This document shows, one piece after another, positions 14,236 through 26,672 of a stretch of 64,000 bases of DNA (positions within the stretch are counted from its first letter, which is position 1; every line of letters begins with the position of its first letter). The DNA comes from Squalus acanthias. Its lineage: Eukaryota. The stretch lies in assembly GCA_030390025.1 (NCBI GenBank), contig JASTWF010000034.1, forward strand, positions 1,674,001 to 1,738,000, in the 5' to 3' direction. The position numbers and the translations under genes were made by a program. The notes below the pieces were generated by a model. It searched no databases, had not been told where the DNA came from, and saw nothing but the letters and a program-made list of their open reading frames with translations.

Positions 14236-16061
14236 CCCACTACACTGTCCCATCAAACAGTCCCAGTGCAGGTACAGCATTTGTTAGATACTTAGTAAAG
14301 ATCCCTCTGCACTGTCCCATCAAACACTCGCAGGTTATGTACAGCATGGGTTAGATATAGAGTAAAGCGCACAATACACTGCCCGTTTTTGCACTCCCAG
14401 GGCAGGTACAGCAAGGTTTAGATACAGAGTAAACCTTCCTCTACTCTGTCACAACGCACACTCCCAGGGCAGGTTGAGTACGGGTTAGATACAGAGTAAT
14501 GCTCTCTCCACATTATGCCATCAAACAGTCCCAGGTCATGTGCAGCACGGGTTACATACAGAGTAAAGCTCTCTCTATACTATCCCAACAAGCATTCCCA
14601 GGCAGCTACAGTACGGATTAGATACAGATTAAAGATCCCTCTACACTGTCCCATCAAACATTTCCAGGGCAGGTACAGCACGGGTTAGATACAGATTAAA
14701 GATCCCTCTCCACTGTCCCATCAAACACTCGCAGTTTAGGTACAGCACAGGTAAGATGAAGAGTAAAGCTCCCTCTACACTGTCCCATCGAACACTCCCA
14801 GGGCAGGTGCAGCACAGGTTAGATACAGAGTAAAGCTCCCTCGACACTGTCCCATCAAACACTCCCAGGACATGTACAGCACAGGTAAGATGCAGAGTAA
14901 AGCTCCCTCTACACTGTCCCATCGAGCACTCCCAGGGCAGGTGCAGCACAGGTTAGATACAGAGTAAAGCTCCCTCTTCACTGTCCCATCAAACACTCGC
15001 AGGGCAGGTAGTGCACGGGTTAGATACAGAGTAAAGCTGCCTTTACAAAGACCCATCAAATAATCCCATGCCAGGTACAGCACGGGTTAGATGCAGATTT
15101 AAGCTACCTCTACAGAATCCCATCATACAATCCCAGGGTAGGTACAGCCCGCGTTAGATACCGAATAAAGCTCCCTCTACACTGTCCCATCAAACACTCC
15201 CAGGGCAAGTGCAGCACAGGTTAGATACAGAGTAAAGCTCCCTCTACACTGTCCCATCAAACACTCGCAGGACAAGTACAGCACAGGTTAGATATAGAGT
15301 AAAGCTCCATCTTCACTGTCCCATCTAACACTCGCAAGGCAAGTAGTGCATGGGTAAGGTACAGAGTAAAGCTCCCTTTACACTGTCCTATCAAAAAGTG
15401 CCAGGGCAGTTACAGAACAGTTTAGATGTAGAGTAAAGCTTGCTGGAAACTGACATCAAACATTTGCAGGGCAGGTACAGCCCGGGTTGGATACAGAGTA
15501 AAGCTCCCTATTAAATTGTGCCATAAAACAGCCCCATGGCAGGTACAGCACTTTTTTGAAAGAGTAAAGCTTCCTCATCACTGTCGCATTAAATACTCGC
15601 AGGGCAGGTAGTGCACGGGTTAGGTACAGATTAAAGCTCCCTCTACAAAGACCTATCGAACACTCCCAGGGCAGGTACAGCACAGGGATTGATGCAAAGT
15701 AAAGCTTCCTCTACAATGTCCCTTCAAATATTCCCAGGAAGATACAGCCCGGGTTAGATACAGAGTAAAGCTCCCTCTACAAAGACCCATCAAACACTCC
15801 TAGGACAGATACAGCACGGGTTAGATACAGAGTAAAGCTCCCTCTACACTGTCCCATCAAACACTCCCAGGGCAGGTACAGCCCGGGTTAGGTACAGAGT
15901 AAAGCTCCCTCTACAAATACCCATCAAACACTCCCAGGGCAGATACAGCACGGGTTAGATACAGAGTAAAGCTCCCTCTACAAATACCCATCAAACACTC
16001 CCAGGGCAGATACAGCACGGTTTAGATACAGAGTAAAGCTCCCTCTACCCTGTTCCATCAA
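14236..16061 (-). repeat. 67-bp satellite array, reverse orientation
   Basis: Repeats of tacactgtcccatcaaacactcccagggcaggtacagcacgggttagatacagagtaaagctccctc, the reverse complement of the 67-bp monomer. Confidence 0.95.
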
Positions 16062-19000
16062 ATTAGAGAGATGAATGCGTAACACAAAGACTGGTATGGG
16101 AGAAATTGGTTTCGCTTCCTGGGGCACTAGCACCAGTACTGGGGAAAGTGGGATCTGTACCGTTGGGTTGGTCTTCACCTGAACCGTGCTGGGACCAGAG
16201 TTCTGGCGAGTCATATAACTAGGGCGGTAGAGAGAGCTTTCAACTAAATATTGGGGGCCAGGGATCAAATCTGGGAAGATGTGGTAATTCAAAGAGTAGA
16301 AACAAGACAAGAGAGAAAGGTATTAATATGGGAAATGATAAACAGACCGTGACGGGAAGGGATAGAGAGTACAAATCTAAGAGTAAATCAACAGATAAGG
16401 CTAAAGGTTACAAAAATAATAAAAGGACAAAACTAAAGGCTCGGTATCTGAATGCACGTAGCATTCGAAACAAAACAGATGAACTGATGGCGCAAATAGA
16501 ATTAAATAAGTACAATCTGATAGCCATTACAGAGACATGGCTGCAGGATGACAAACATTGGGACCTGAATATTGAAGGGTACATGATATTTAGGAAAAAG
16601 TGGAGGGGTGGCTCTGTAAATTAATAATGGTATTAGCGCAATAGAGGGATGACTTAAGTTCAGGAAACCAGGATGTAGAAGCGGTTTGGGTAGAGATGAG
16701 AAATGATGAAGGCAAGATGTCACTTGTGGAAGTGGTGTACAGGCCCCCTAACAGTAACCACATGCTAGGATGGAGTATAAAGGAAGAAATAATGGGAGCT
16801 TGTCAGAAAGGTACGGCAATAATCATGGGGGATTTTAATCTACATATAGATGGAAAAATCAGATGGGCAAAGGTAGCCTAGATGAGGATTTCATAGAATG
16901 TTTTTGGGACAGTTTCTTAGAACAGCACGTTCTGGAGCCAACCAGAGAGCAGGCTATAGTGGACCTGGTATTGTGAAACAAGATAAGATTAATTAATGAC
17001 CACATAGTGAAGGTGCCCCTAGGTCGCAGCGATCAGAATATGATTGAATTTTACATTCAGTTTGAGGGAGAGAAGATTTGGTCCAAGACTAGTTTTTTTC
17101 TAACTTAAATAAGGGCAATTATGAGGGCATGATAGCAGAGCTAGCTAAAGTGAACTGGCAAACTAGAGTAAGCGATAGGTCAATAGAGCTGCAGTGGCAG
17201 ACATTTAATGGGATATTTCAGAATACACAGAATAGATCCATTCCAACGAGAAAGAAAAATTCCAAGGGGAGGACCCACCATCCGTGGTTAACTAAAAAAG
17301 TTAAAGATAGTATCGAACGTAAAAAAAAAAGCATATAATGGTGAAAAGATGGGTGGCAGGTCAGAAGATTGGACAGAATATAAACAAACAGCAAAGAATT
17401 ACTAAAAGATTAATAAGGAGAGAAAAATTAGAGTACGAGAGAAAGCTAGCTAGAAATATAAAAACAGATAGTAAGAGTTTCTATAGATATTCTAAAAAGA
17501 AAAGAGTTAACAAAGGGAGCGTTGGTCCTATAAAAAGTGAGTCTGGGGAATTAATAATGGAAAATAAGGAGATGGCAGTTGAATTGAACAGGTATTTTGC
17601 ATCGGTCTTCACTATAGAGGATACAAGTAACATCCCAGAAACAGCTGTAAATCAGGAAATGGAAGGGAGGGAGGAAGTCAAGAAAATTACAATCACCAGG
17701 GAAGTAGTACTGAGGAAATTGTTGGAGCTGCGGGCTGACAAGTCCCCGGGTCCTGATGGACTTCATCCTCGGGTCTTAAAAGAAGTAGCTAGTGAGATAG
17801 TTGAGGCGTTGGTTTTAATTTTCCAAAATTCCCTAGATTCGGGGAAGGTTCCATTAGATTAGAAAATAGCGATTGTAACTCCTTTATTCAAAAAGGGAGG
17901 GAGACAGAAAGCAGGAAACTACAGGCCAGTTAGCTTAACGCCTATCTTAGGGAAGGTGCTAGAAACTATTATTAAAGACGTTATAGCAGGGCACTTGTAA
18001 AAGTTCAAGGTAATCAGGCAGAGTCAGCATGGCTTTGAGAAACCAATTTATTGGAGTTCTTTGAGGAAGTAACATATGCTGTGGATAAAGGGGAAGCTTG
18101 GATGTACTGTACTTAGATTTCCAGAAGGCATTTGATAAGGTGCCACATCAAAGGTTATTTCGGAAAATCAAAGCTCATGGTGTAGGGGGTAACATATTGG
18201 CATGGATAGAAGATTGGCTAGCTAACCGGAAACAGAGTGTAGGCATAAATGGGTCATTTTCTGCTTAGCAAATGTAACGTGTAGTGTGCCACAGGGATAA
18301 TGCTGGGGCCTCAACATTTTACAATTTATATAAATGACTTGGATGAAGGGACCGAAGGTATGGTTGCTAAATTTGCTGATGACAAAAAGATAGGTAGGAA
18401 AGTAATTGTGAAGAGGACATATGGAGGCTACAAAGGTATATAAATAGGTTAAGTGAGTGGGCAAAGATCTGGCAAATAGAGTATAATGTGTGAAAATGTG
18501 CAATTGTGCATTTTGGCAGAAAAAATAAAAAATAAGCATATTATCTAAATGGTGAGAGATTGCAGAGCTTTGAGATGCAGCGGGTTCTGGGTGTCCTAGT
18601 GCATGAATCGCAAAAGGTTAGTATGCAGGTACTGCGAGTAATTAGGACAGCTAATAGAATGTTAACGTTTATTGCGATGGGAATTGAATCGAAAGTAGGG
18701 AGTTTATGCTTCAGTTATAGAGGGCATTGGTGAGACCACATCTGGAGTACTGAGTACAGTATTAGTCTCCTTATTTAAGGAAGGATGTAAATGCGTTGGA
18801 AGCAGTTCAGAGAAGGTTTACTAGACTAATACCTGGAATGGGCGGGTTGTCTTATGAGGAAAGGTTGGACAGGCTAGGCTTGTATCCACTGGAGTTTAGA
18901 AGAGTAAGAGGTGACTTGATTGAAACCTATAAGATCCTGAGGGGTCTTGACAGGGTGGATGCGGAGAGGATGTTTCCTCTTGTGGGAGAATCTAGAACTA

Positions 19001-19296
19001 GGGGTCACTGTTTAAAAATAATGGAGCGCCCATTTTAGACAGAGATGAGGAGAATGTTTTTTCTCAGAGGGTCGTGAGTCTTTGGAACTCTTTTCCTCAG
19101 AGGGCGGTGGAAGCAGAGTCTTTGAATATTTTTAAGGCTGACGGAGATAGATTCTTGATAAGCAAGGAGTTGAAAGGTTATCGGGGGTTGGATGGGAATG
19201 TGGAGTAATCAGATCAGCCATGATCTTATTGAATGGCGGAACAGGCTTGAGGGGCCGAATGGCCGACTCCTGCTCCTAATTCGTATGTTCGTTATG
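16062..19296 (+). mobile_element. 5'-truncated CR1 LINE (end of esterase ORF1, disrupted EN-RT ORF2, 3' tail)
   Basis: YLNARSIRNK..AITETWL (APE endonuclease), IIMGDFN, DKSPGPDGLHPRVLKE and C-terminal RRFTRLIPG. Multiple stops and frameshifts. Tail cctgctcctaattcgtatgttcg. Confidence 0.96.
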
Positions 19297-19299
19297 TAC

Positions 19300-19472
19300 C
19301 TGCCCCGGGGGGATTGGGAGGGGCTTGGCCACTTTAACATTTTTCCAGGCTGCTCTTTGATTGGATCCCTGCTCCTGTGTGATGTCACTTGGAAACAGGG
19401 CCCCGCCCCTGGTTACGGCCCATCAGTGGGATGTCAGTGTGGGAGGAGCTGGAGTGTCCGCTGACACTGGGA
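19300..19472 (+). promoter_or_regulatory. Module copy A: promoter-like segment and short exon 1
   Basis: Two inverted CCAAT (attgg), CRE-like tgatgtca and GC box ccccgcccc, followed by donor GA|GTGAGT at 19473. The core is shared with 3 other copies. Confidence 0.55.
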
Positions 19473-19657
19473 GTGAGTTTAGTCCCAATAAACAGGGCAA
19501 AGGGCTGAAAGGAACAATTGAATAGTAATGTAAGTAATTCAAATACACATTAATTGCAAATATAATGAAATTAGATACAATCCCAGTCACAAAAACAGCC
19601 CCACTGTATTCCAGGTACAGGATCTGGGATTAATATGAATCATTTTTCTATTGACAG

Positions 19658-19828
19658 TCTCTGGGAGAGAGCAATATCTCAGGAAGGTGGAGAGAGAGAA
19701 GTCGAATCATCGCCTCACTGACTGGGACTGGAGAAATGTCGCTGGTTTCACAGAGCAGATCTGGTGGGACCGAGACCTCCCGTGTCGGAGACGGGATAAA
19801 ACGGGAAGCTTCAACAATGATTGGAAAG
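19658..19828 (+). other. Module copy A: 171-bp exon 2 of an unidentified multicopy gene (possible start MSLVSQSRSGG...STMIGK)
   Basis: Acceptor ttttctattgacag, donor AAG|GTGAGG. Same length in three paralogues. Confidence 0.6.
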
Positions 19829-19959
19829 GTGAGGAACTTTACTGAGAATTGCACCAGTCCAGGATTCTGCCGAGGTGAGAGTCTAACCAGATACTGGGAG
19901 CTGTTCAACATCTGCCGTCAGGCTCGGCCTTTGATGTGGCAAGTTGAGCGGAGCTTAAC

Positions 19960-21080
19960 TCGGAGATAAACCTTGCCCGTACCTCACCCGGGAGTGTTTG
20001 ACACTTGCATGTAGTGAAATCTTTATTCTGTATTGACCCCATGCTGTACCCGAGCTGGTTGTGCTTCATTGGGTAGTGTCAAGGGAACTGTACGCTGCAT
20101 TGAACATATGATGTATCAGAGTTGGTTGTGTTGATGAACCAAATTGGAGGAGCTTTACTCTGGATCGAACCCGTGCTGTACCTGCCCTGGGAGTGTTTGA
20201 TGGGACAGTGCAGAGGGAGCTAACTCTGTATCTAACCCGTGCTGTCCCTGCCCTGGGAATGTTTGGTGGGGCAGTGTAGAGGGAGCTTTACTCTGTATCT
20301 AACCCGTGCTGTACCTGCCCTGTGAGAGTTTTCTGGACAGTGTAGAGGGAGCTTTACTATGTATCTAACCCGTGCTGCACCTGCCCTGGGAGTCTTTGAT
20401 GGGACAGTGTAGAGGGAGCTTTACTCTGTATCTAACCCGTGCTGTAACTGCCCTGGGAGTGTTTGATGGGACAGTGTAGAGGGAGTTTACTTTTTATCTA
20501 ACCCGTGCTGTACCTGCCTTGGGACTGTTTCGTGGGCAGTGTAGAGGGAGCTTTACTTTGAATTTAACCTGTGCTGTACCTGCCGTGGGAGTGTTTGATG
20601 GGACAGTGTAGAGGGAGCTTTACTTTGTATCCAACCCACTGTACCTGTCCTGGGAGTGTTTGATGGGACAGTGTAGAGGGAGCTTTACTTTGTATCTAAC
20701 CCGTGGTGTACCTGCCCTGGGAGTGTTTGATGGGACAGTGTAGAGGGAGCTTTACTTTGTATCTAACCCATGCTGTTCCTGCCCTGGGAGTGTTTGGTGG
20801 GGCAGTGTAGAGGGAGCTTTACTCTGTATCTAATCCGTGCTGTACCTGCCCTGGGAGTGTTTGGTGGGGCAGTGTAGTGGGAGCTTTACTTTTTATCTAA
20901 CCCGTGCTGTACCTGCCCTGGGAATGTTAGGTGGGCAGTGTAGAGGGAGCTTTACTCTGTATCTAATCCGTGGTGTACCTGCCCTGGGACTGTTTGGTGG
21001 GGCAGCGTAGATCAGCTGAACTGTGTATCTAACCCACTGTACCTGCTCTGGAGGTATTTGATGAGAGCTTTACTCTGTAA
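19960..21080 (+). repeat. 67-bp satellite array
   Basis: gggagctttactctgtatctaacccgtgctgtacctgccctgggagtgtttgatgggacagtgtaga, period 67 (20347 to 20414). Confidence 0.95.
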
Positions 21081-21084
21081 CAGG

Positions 21085-22122
21085 GGATTACATGGGGTAT
21101 ACAGCACAGAACCAGGCCATTCGACCCAAACAGTCCATGCCAGCGTTTATGCTCCACTCGAGCCTCCTCCCGTCTTACCTCATCTAATTGTATCAGCGTA
21201 ACCGTCAATTCCCTTCTCCCACATATGCTTATCTAACTGCCCCTTAAATGTATCAATACTATTCGCTTCAACCACTCCCTGTGGTAGGGAGTTCCACATT
21301 CTCACCACTCTCTGGGTAAAGAGGTTTCTTCTGAATTCCCTTATTGATTTATTGGTGATACCTTATATTGATGGCCTCTAATTTTGCTCTTCCCCACAAG
21401 TGGAAACATTCTGTCTGTATCCACTCCATCAAAACCTTTCCTCATTTTAAAGAGCTTTATCAGGTCACCCCTCAGCCTTCAAGAGAAAGGAGACCCAACG
21501 TTTTCATCCGTTCCTGATATGTATTTTGTTTTATTCGTTTAAGGGATCTGGGCGCCGCTGGCAAGGCCAGCATTTATTGCCCATTCCGAGTTGCCCTTGA
21601 GAAGGTGGTGGTGAGCCGCCTTCTTGAACCGCTGCAGTCCGTGTGGTGATGGTACTCCCACAGTGCTGTTAGGTAGGGAGTTCCAGGATTTTAACCCAGC
21701 GACGATGAAGGATCGGCGACATACTTCGAAGTCACCCTAGTTTTTCTGGTATTATCCATGTAAATCTTCTCTGCACCCTCTCCAGTGCCTCTATCCTTTT
21801 TAGAATACAGCGACCAGAACTGTACACAGTTTTCCAAGTGTGGTCCAACCAAGGTTCATTACAAGTTTAGCATAAATTCACTACTTTTCAATTCTACCTT
21901 TCCAGATATAAACCCGAGTGATTGGTTTGCTTTTTATGGCCTTATTAACCTGTGTCGCTACTTTCAGTGATTTGTGTATTTGCACTCCGAGATTCCTTTG
22001 CTCCTCTATCCCATTTAGATTCTTATTTTCCAAGTAATATGTGACCTCTCTACTTTTCTTACCAAAATGTAACTCCTCAGGTTCATCTGTGTTAAATTTC
22101 ATTTGCCAATTATATGGCCATT
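21085..22122 (-). mobile_element. CR1 3' fragment with a nested 3' tail of a second LINE family (21525-21735)
   Basis: Minus-strand MKFNTD..LHFGKK..LGVQIHKSLK. The inserted ttattcgt..gggatctgggcgccgctggcaaggccagcatttattgccc tail is also seen at 35690 and 42200. Confidence 0.85.
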
Positions 22123-22381
22123 AAAGAGCTATTAGAAATAGATAATAAATAATATCAATCAGTAATGCAAATCTATGACTTTAATTATAATATTTACGCC
22201 TCTGGTGCCTCTCTCTCTCAATCCCTCTCCCTCAGAATTATAAAATGTCTCTTTGACGATAACAGGCCATTCGGCCCAACCAGTCCATGCCATATTCCAG
22301 GTCACCAAGCCACTGGGATCTGCCTGAGAGGACAAAGATGGTTATTGTGTCAGCCTGTAGTCCAGGCTCCATTCAGCAGGC

Positions 22382-22625
22382 GAGAATCAGGCTAACTCAG
22401 CACAGGCCGGGGATGGAGCCTGGGCCTTTCCTGCTCTGTGTGTGGGGGTCACAGTCCCTCACCGGGTGAGAATCAGGCTAACTCAGCACAGGCCGGGGAT
22501 GGAGCCTGGGCCTTTCCTGCTCTTTGTGTGGGGGTCACAGTCCCTCACCGGGGGAGATCAGGCTAACTCAGCACAGGCCGGGGATGGAGCCTGGGTCTTT
22601 CCTGCTCTGTGTGTGGGGGATCTCA
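22382..22625 (-). repeat. ~86-bp tandem repeat x3 in the PEX5 pseudogene intron, resembling a tRNA-SINE head
   Basis: atcaggctaactcagcacaggccggggatggagcctggg at 22386, 22472 and 22557. The reverse complement has a B-box-like cccaggctccatcccc. Confidence 0.75.
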
Positions 22626-23060
22626 GAAACCACTCCGGGAGGGGACATTTCAGGGGTGGTCACCCATCATTGTGTGGGTCTAATTGCCACCTCACTCTCT
22701 TGCAGTTAGTCTCGGAGTTCGTGACTGAGCAGAATGGCCCGCTGCTGCCCCGCGCACCCCACACGTTCAAGATGGACGACCTGCTGGCGGAGATGCAGGA
22801 GGTTGAGAACTGAAGGCTTTGACATGCTTAGCAGCGAGGTAAGATCACCCCATGGAGCAGAGGGTCAAATCAGCACAGGCTGGTGATGGAGACTGGGTGT
22901 TTCCTGCCCAGATTCGGGCCCTGTTTTCACACCCCAAGCCCCCGTTGTGGCAGACCTGGCGATGTCGGGGACCTGGGTCGAGTTACTGGCCACCGAGCCG
23001 ACGGCAGACACATCGCAGGCCGACAGTGAAGCCGATTGGTCAATGGAGTTCATCGCGGGC

Positions 23061-24750
23061 CACTCAGCATTGTGGGTACTGCGTCACTGAGCCCGGGCAT
23101 TGTGGGCACAGGATCATTGACACTGAGCATTGTGGGTACAGTGCCACTGACCCCGGGCATTGTAGGTACAGAGTCACTGACACTGGGCATTGTGTGGACA
23201 GAGTCACTGATCCCGGGCATTTTGGGTACAGAGTCACTGACACTGGGCATTGTGGGTACAGAGTCACTGACACTGAGCATTGTGGGTACAGAGTCACTGA
23301 GCCCGGGCATTGTGGGCACAGGATCATTGACACTGGGCATTGTGGGTACAGGGCCACTGACCCCGGGAATTGTGGGCACCGGATCATTGACACTGGGCAT
23401 TGTGGGTACAGAGTCAATGTCAGTGGGCATTGTTGGTACAGGGTCACTGACACTGGGCATTGTGGGTACAGCGTCACTGACCCCGGGAATTGTGGGTACA
23501 GAGTCACTGACACTGGGCATTGTGGGTACAGGGCCACTGACACTGGGCATTGTGGGTACAGTGCCACTGACACTGGGCATTCTGGGTACAGGGCCACTGA
23601 CACTGGGCATTGTGGATACAGGGCCACTGACCCCGGGCATTGTGGGTACAGAATCACTGACACTGGGCATTGTGGGTACAGGATCACTGACACTTGGCAT
23701 TGTGGGTACAGAGTCACTGACCCTGGGCATTGTGGGTACAGTCACTGACCCTGGGCATTGTGGGTACAGGATCACTGACACTGGGCATTGTGGGTACAGG
23801 GCCACTTACACTGGGCATTGTGGACACAGGGTCATTGACACTGGGCATTGTGGGTACAGAGTCACTGACACTGGGCATTGTGGGTACAGGGCCACTTACA
23901 CTGGGCATTGTGAGTACAGTCACTGAACCTGGGCATTGTGGGTACAGGGCCACTGACAGTGGGCATTGTGGGTACAGAGTCACTGACCCCGGGCATTATG
24001 GACACAGGGCCACTGACCCTGGGCATTGTGGGTACAGAGTCACTGAACCTGGGCATTGTGGGTACAGGGTCACTGACCCCGGGCATTATGGACACAGGGC
24101 CACTGACCCTGGGCATTGTGGGTACAGGGTCACTGATCCTGGGCATTGTGGGTACAGAGTCACTGACCCCGGGCATTATGGACACAGGGCCACTGACCCT
24201 GGGCATTGTGGGTACAGAGTCACTGAACCTGGGCATTGTGGGTACAGGGTCACTGACCCCGGGCATTATGGACACAGGGCCACTGACCCTGGGCATTGTG
24301 GGTACAGGGTCACTGACCCTGGGCATTGTGGGTATAGGGTCACTAACCCCGGGCATTATAGACACAGGGCCACTGACCCTGGGCATTGTGGGTACAGGGC
24401 CACTGACCCCGGGCATTGTGGGTACAGGTTCATTGACCCTGGGCATTGTGGGTACAGGGCCACTGACCCTGGGCATTGTGGGTACAGGGCCACTGACCCT
24501 GGGCAATGTGGGTACAGAGTCACTGAGACTGGGCATTGTGGGTATAGGGTCACTGACACTGGACATTGTGGGTACAGGGTCACTGCCCCTGGGCATTATG
24601 GGTACAGGGTCACTGCCCCTGGGCATTGTGAGTACAGAGTCACTGACCTCGGGCATTGTGGGTACAGGGACACTGACACTGGGCATTGTGCGTACAGTGT
24701 CACTGACACTGGGCATTGTAGGTACAGGGCCACTGACCCCGGGCATTATT
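23061..24750 (+). repeat. 30-bp minisatellite (~56 copies)
   Basis: cactgacactgggcattgtgggtacagagt with a 30-bp period; explains the long repetitive ORFs in all frames. Confidence 0.97.
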
Positions 24751-24904
24751 GAATCTTCCTCTACTCCTCGAACCCGCTGTGACCTGTCCAGCAAAGTGGA
24801 CCCTGGACTACCTGGAACAAACGGCAGAGGAACTGTGGCTGGGGAACCCGAGCTGGAGCAGAGTCAGTGCAGAAATCGTATGGAGCGGGAGGGAGTAACA
24901 GTGG

Positions 24905-25365
24905 TAATGTCAGGGTAATGTACAGGGAGCTCTGTATTATACCTGCTCAGGGTGTGCACGATGCTGACACTGGGTATAAAGTGGGGGTACACTGTCAGGG
25001 TAATGTAGAGGGAGCTCTGTACTGTACCTGCCCTGGGAGTGCACGTGGCTGACACTGGGTATAAAGTGGGGGTACACTTTCGGAGTAATGTTCAGGGAGC
25101 TCTGTATTGTACCTGCCCTGGGAGTGCTGGATGCTAACACTGGGTATAAAGTGGGGGTACACTCACCGGGTAATGTAGAGGGAGCTCTGTATTGTACCTG
25201 CCCTGGGAGTGCACGATGCTGACACTGGGTATAAAGTGGGGGTACACTCTCAGGGTAATGTAGAGGGAGCTCTGTATTGTATCTGCCCTGGGAGCACTCG
25301 ATGCTGACAATGGGTATAAAGTGGGGGTACATTTTCGGAGTAATGTCGAGGGAGCTCTGTATTCT
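24905..25365 (+). repeat. 85-bp tandem repeat (~5-6 copies), related to the 67-bp satellite
   Basis: gggagctctgtattgtacctgccctgggagtg... at 25095, 25180 and 25265. Confidence 0.9.
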
Positions 25366-25374
25366 AGAGTGGGA

Positions 25375-26672
25375 GAAGCATAGAAGATAGGAGCAGGAGT
25401 AGGCCATTCGGCCCCTCGAGTCTGCTCCGCCATTTATTGCGATCATGGCTGATCATCCAAATTCAGAACCCTGTCCCTGCTTTCTCCACATATCCCTTGA
25501 TCCCTTTAGCCTTAAGAAATACATCCAACTCTTTCTTGAATATATTTAATGAATTGGCCTCTACTGCCTTCTGTGGTAGAGAATTCTACAGGTTCACCAC
25601 TCTCTGGGTGAAGAAATTCCTCCTCATTTCTGTCCTAAATGTCTTACCCCTTATCCTTAGACTGTGACCCCTGGTTCTGGACTCCCCGACCATCGGGAAC
25701 ATCCTTCCTGCATCTAGTCTGTCCAGTCCTGTCAGAATTTTATAAGTTTCAATGAGATCCCCTCTCATTCTTCTAAACTCCAGCGAGTATAATCCAAATC
25801 GAACCAATCTCTCCTCATACGTCATTCCTGCCATCCCAGGTATCCGCGTGGTGAATCTTCGCTGAACTCCTTCCATGGCAAGAACCTCCTTCCTCAGATA
25901 AGGCAACCAAAACTGCTCACAATACTCAAGATGTGGTCTCACCAAGGCCCTGTACAACTGCAGCAAGACATCCTTGTTCCTGCACTCAAACCCTCTCGCT
26001 CCGAAGGCCAACATCCATTTGCCTTCTTAACCGCCTGCTGCACCTGCATGCTTACCTGCAGCGACTGGTGCACAAGGACACCCAGTTCTCGTTGCACTTC
26101 CCCTTCTCCCAATCTATTGCCATTCAGATAATAATCTGCCTTCCTGTTTTTGACACCAAAGTGGATAACCTCGCATTTATCCACGTTATATTGCATCTGC
26201 CATGCTTCTGCCCAATCATCCAACCTGTCCAAATCATCCTGGAGTTTCTCTGCATCCTCCTCACAGCACACACGCCCACCCAGCTTTGTGTCGTCTGCAA
26301 ACTTGGAATATTACATCTAGGTCCCTTGTCTAGATCATTTAATATATATTGTGAATAGCTGGGGTCCAAGGACCGATCCCTGCGGTACCCCACTAGTCAC
26401 TGCCTGCCACTCGGAAATAGACCCATTAATTCTTACTCTCTGCTTTCTGTCTGCCAACCAGTTCTCTATCCAAGTCAATACCTTGCCCCCCAATCCCATG
26501 TGCCTTAACTTTACACGCTAATCTCTTATGCGGGACCTTATCAAAAGCCTTTTGAAAGTCCAAATACACCACATCCACTGGTTCTCCCTTATCTATTTTA
26601 CCAGTTGCATCCTCAAAACATTCCAGTAGATTAGTCAAACACGATTTACCTTTTGTAAATCCATGTTGACTT
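25375..26672 (-). mobile_element. CR1 LINE 3' part (RT), decayed
   Basis: VDVVYLDFQKAFDKVPH, WQMQYNVDKCEVIHFG, LYRALVRPHLEYC. Tail ataggagcaggagtaggccattcggcccctcg. Confidence 0.95.

Larger units (their letters stand above)
22301..24877 (+). pseudogene. PEX5: Unprocessed, truncated PEX5 (peroxisomal PTS1 receptor) pseudogene: four consecutive N-terminal exons
   Basis: Exons: 22301-22336 VTKPLGSA*EDK; 22706-22838 [41 protein letters not shown]; 22939-~23060 PVVADLAMSGTWVELL..DWSMEFI; ~24771-24877 PAKWTLDYLEQTAEELWLG(fs)EPE. These are colinear with vertebrate PEX5 as I recall it (ASKPLGVASEDE / [24 protein letters not shown] / APGVADLALSENW..DWSQEF / [23 protein letters not shown]). Stops, a frameshift and broken splice sites are present. 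Confidence 0.92.

Noticed and set aside
11710..15683. Cys/Leu-rich ORFs such as MLYLPLDYLIGQCKGSFTLYL
   Set aside because: Translations of the 67/75-bp satellite.
22852..24918. Long ORFs of 200-340 aa (GHCGYRVTD / LTLGIVGT repeats)
   Set aside because: Stop-free translations of a 30-bp minisatellite in several frames on both strands; the real signal is the flanking PEX5 exons.
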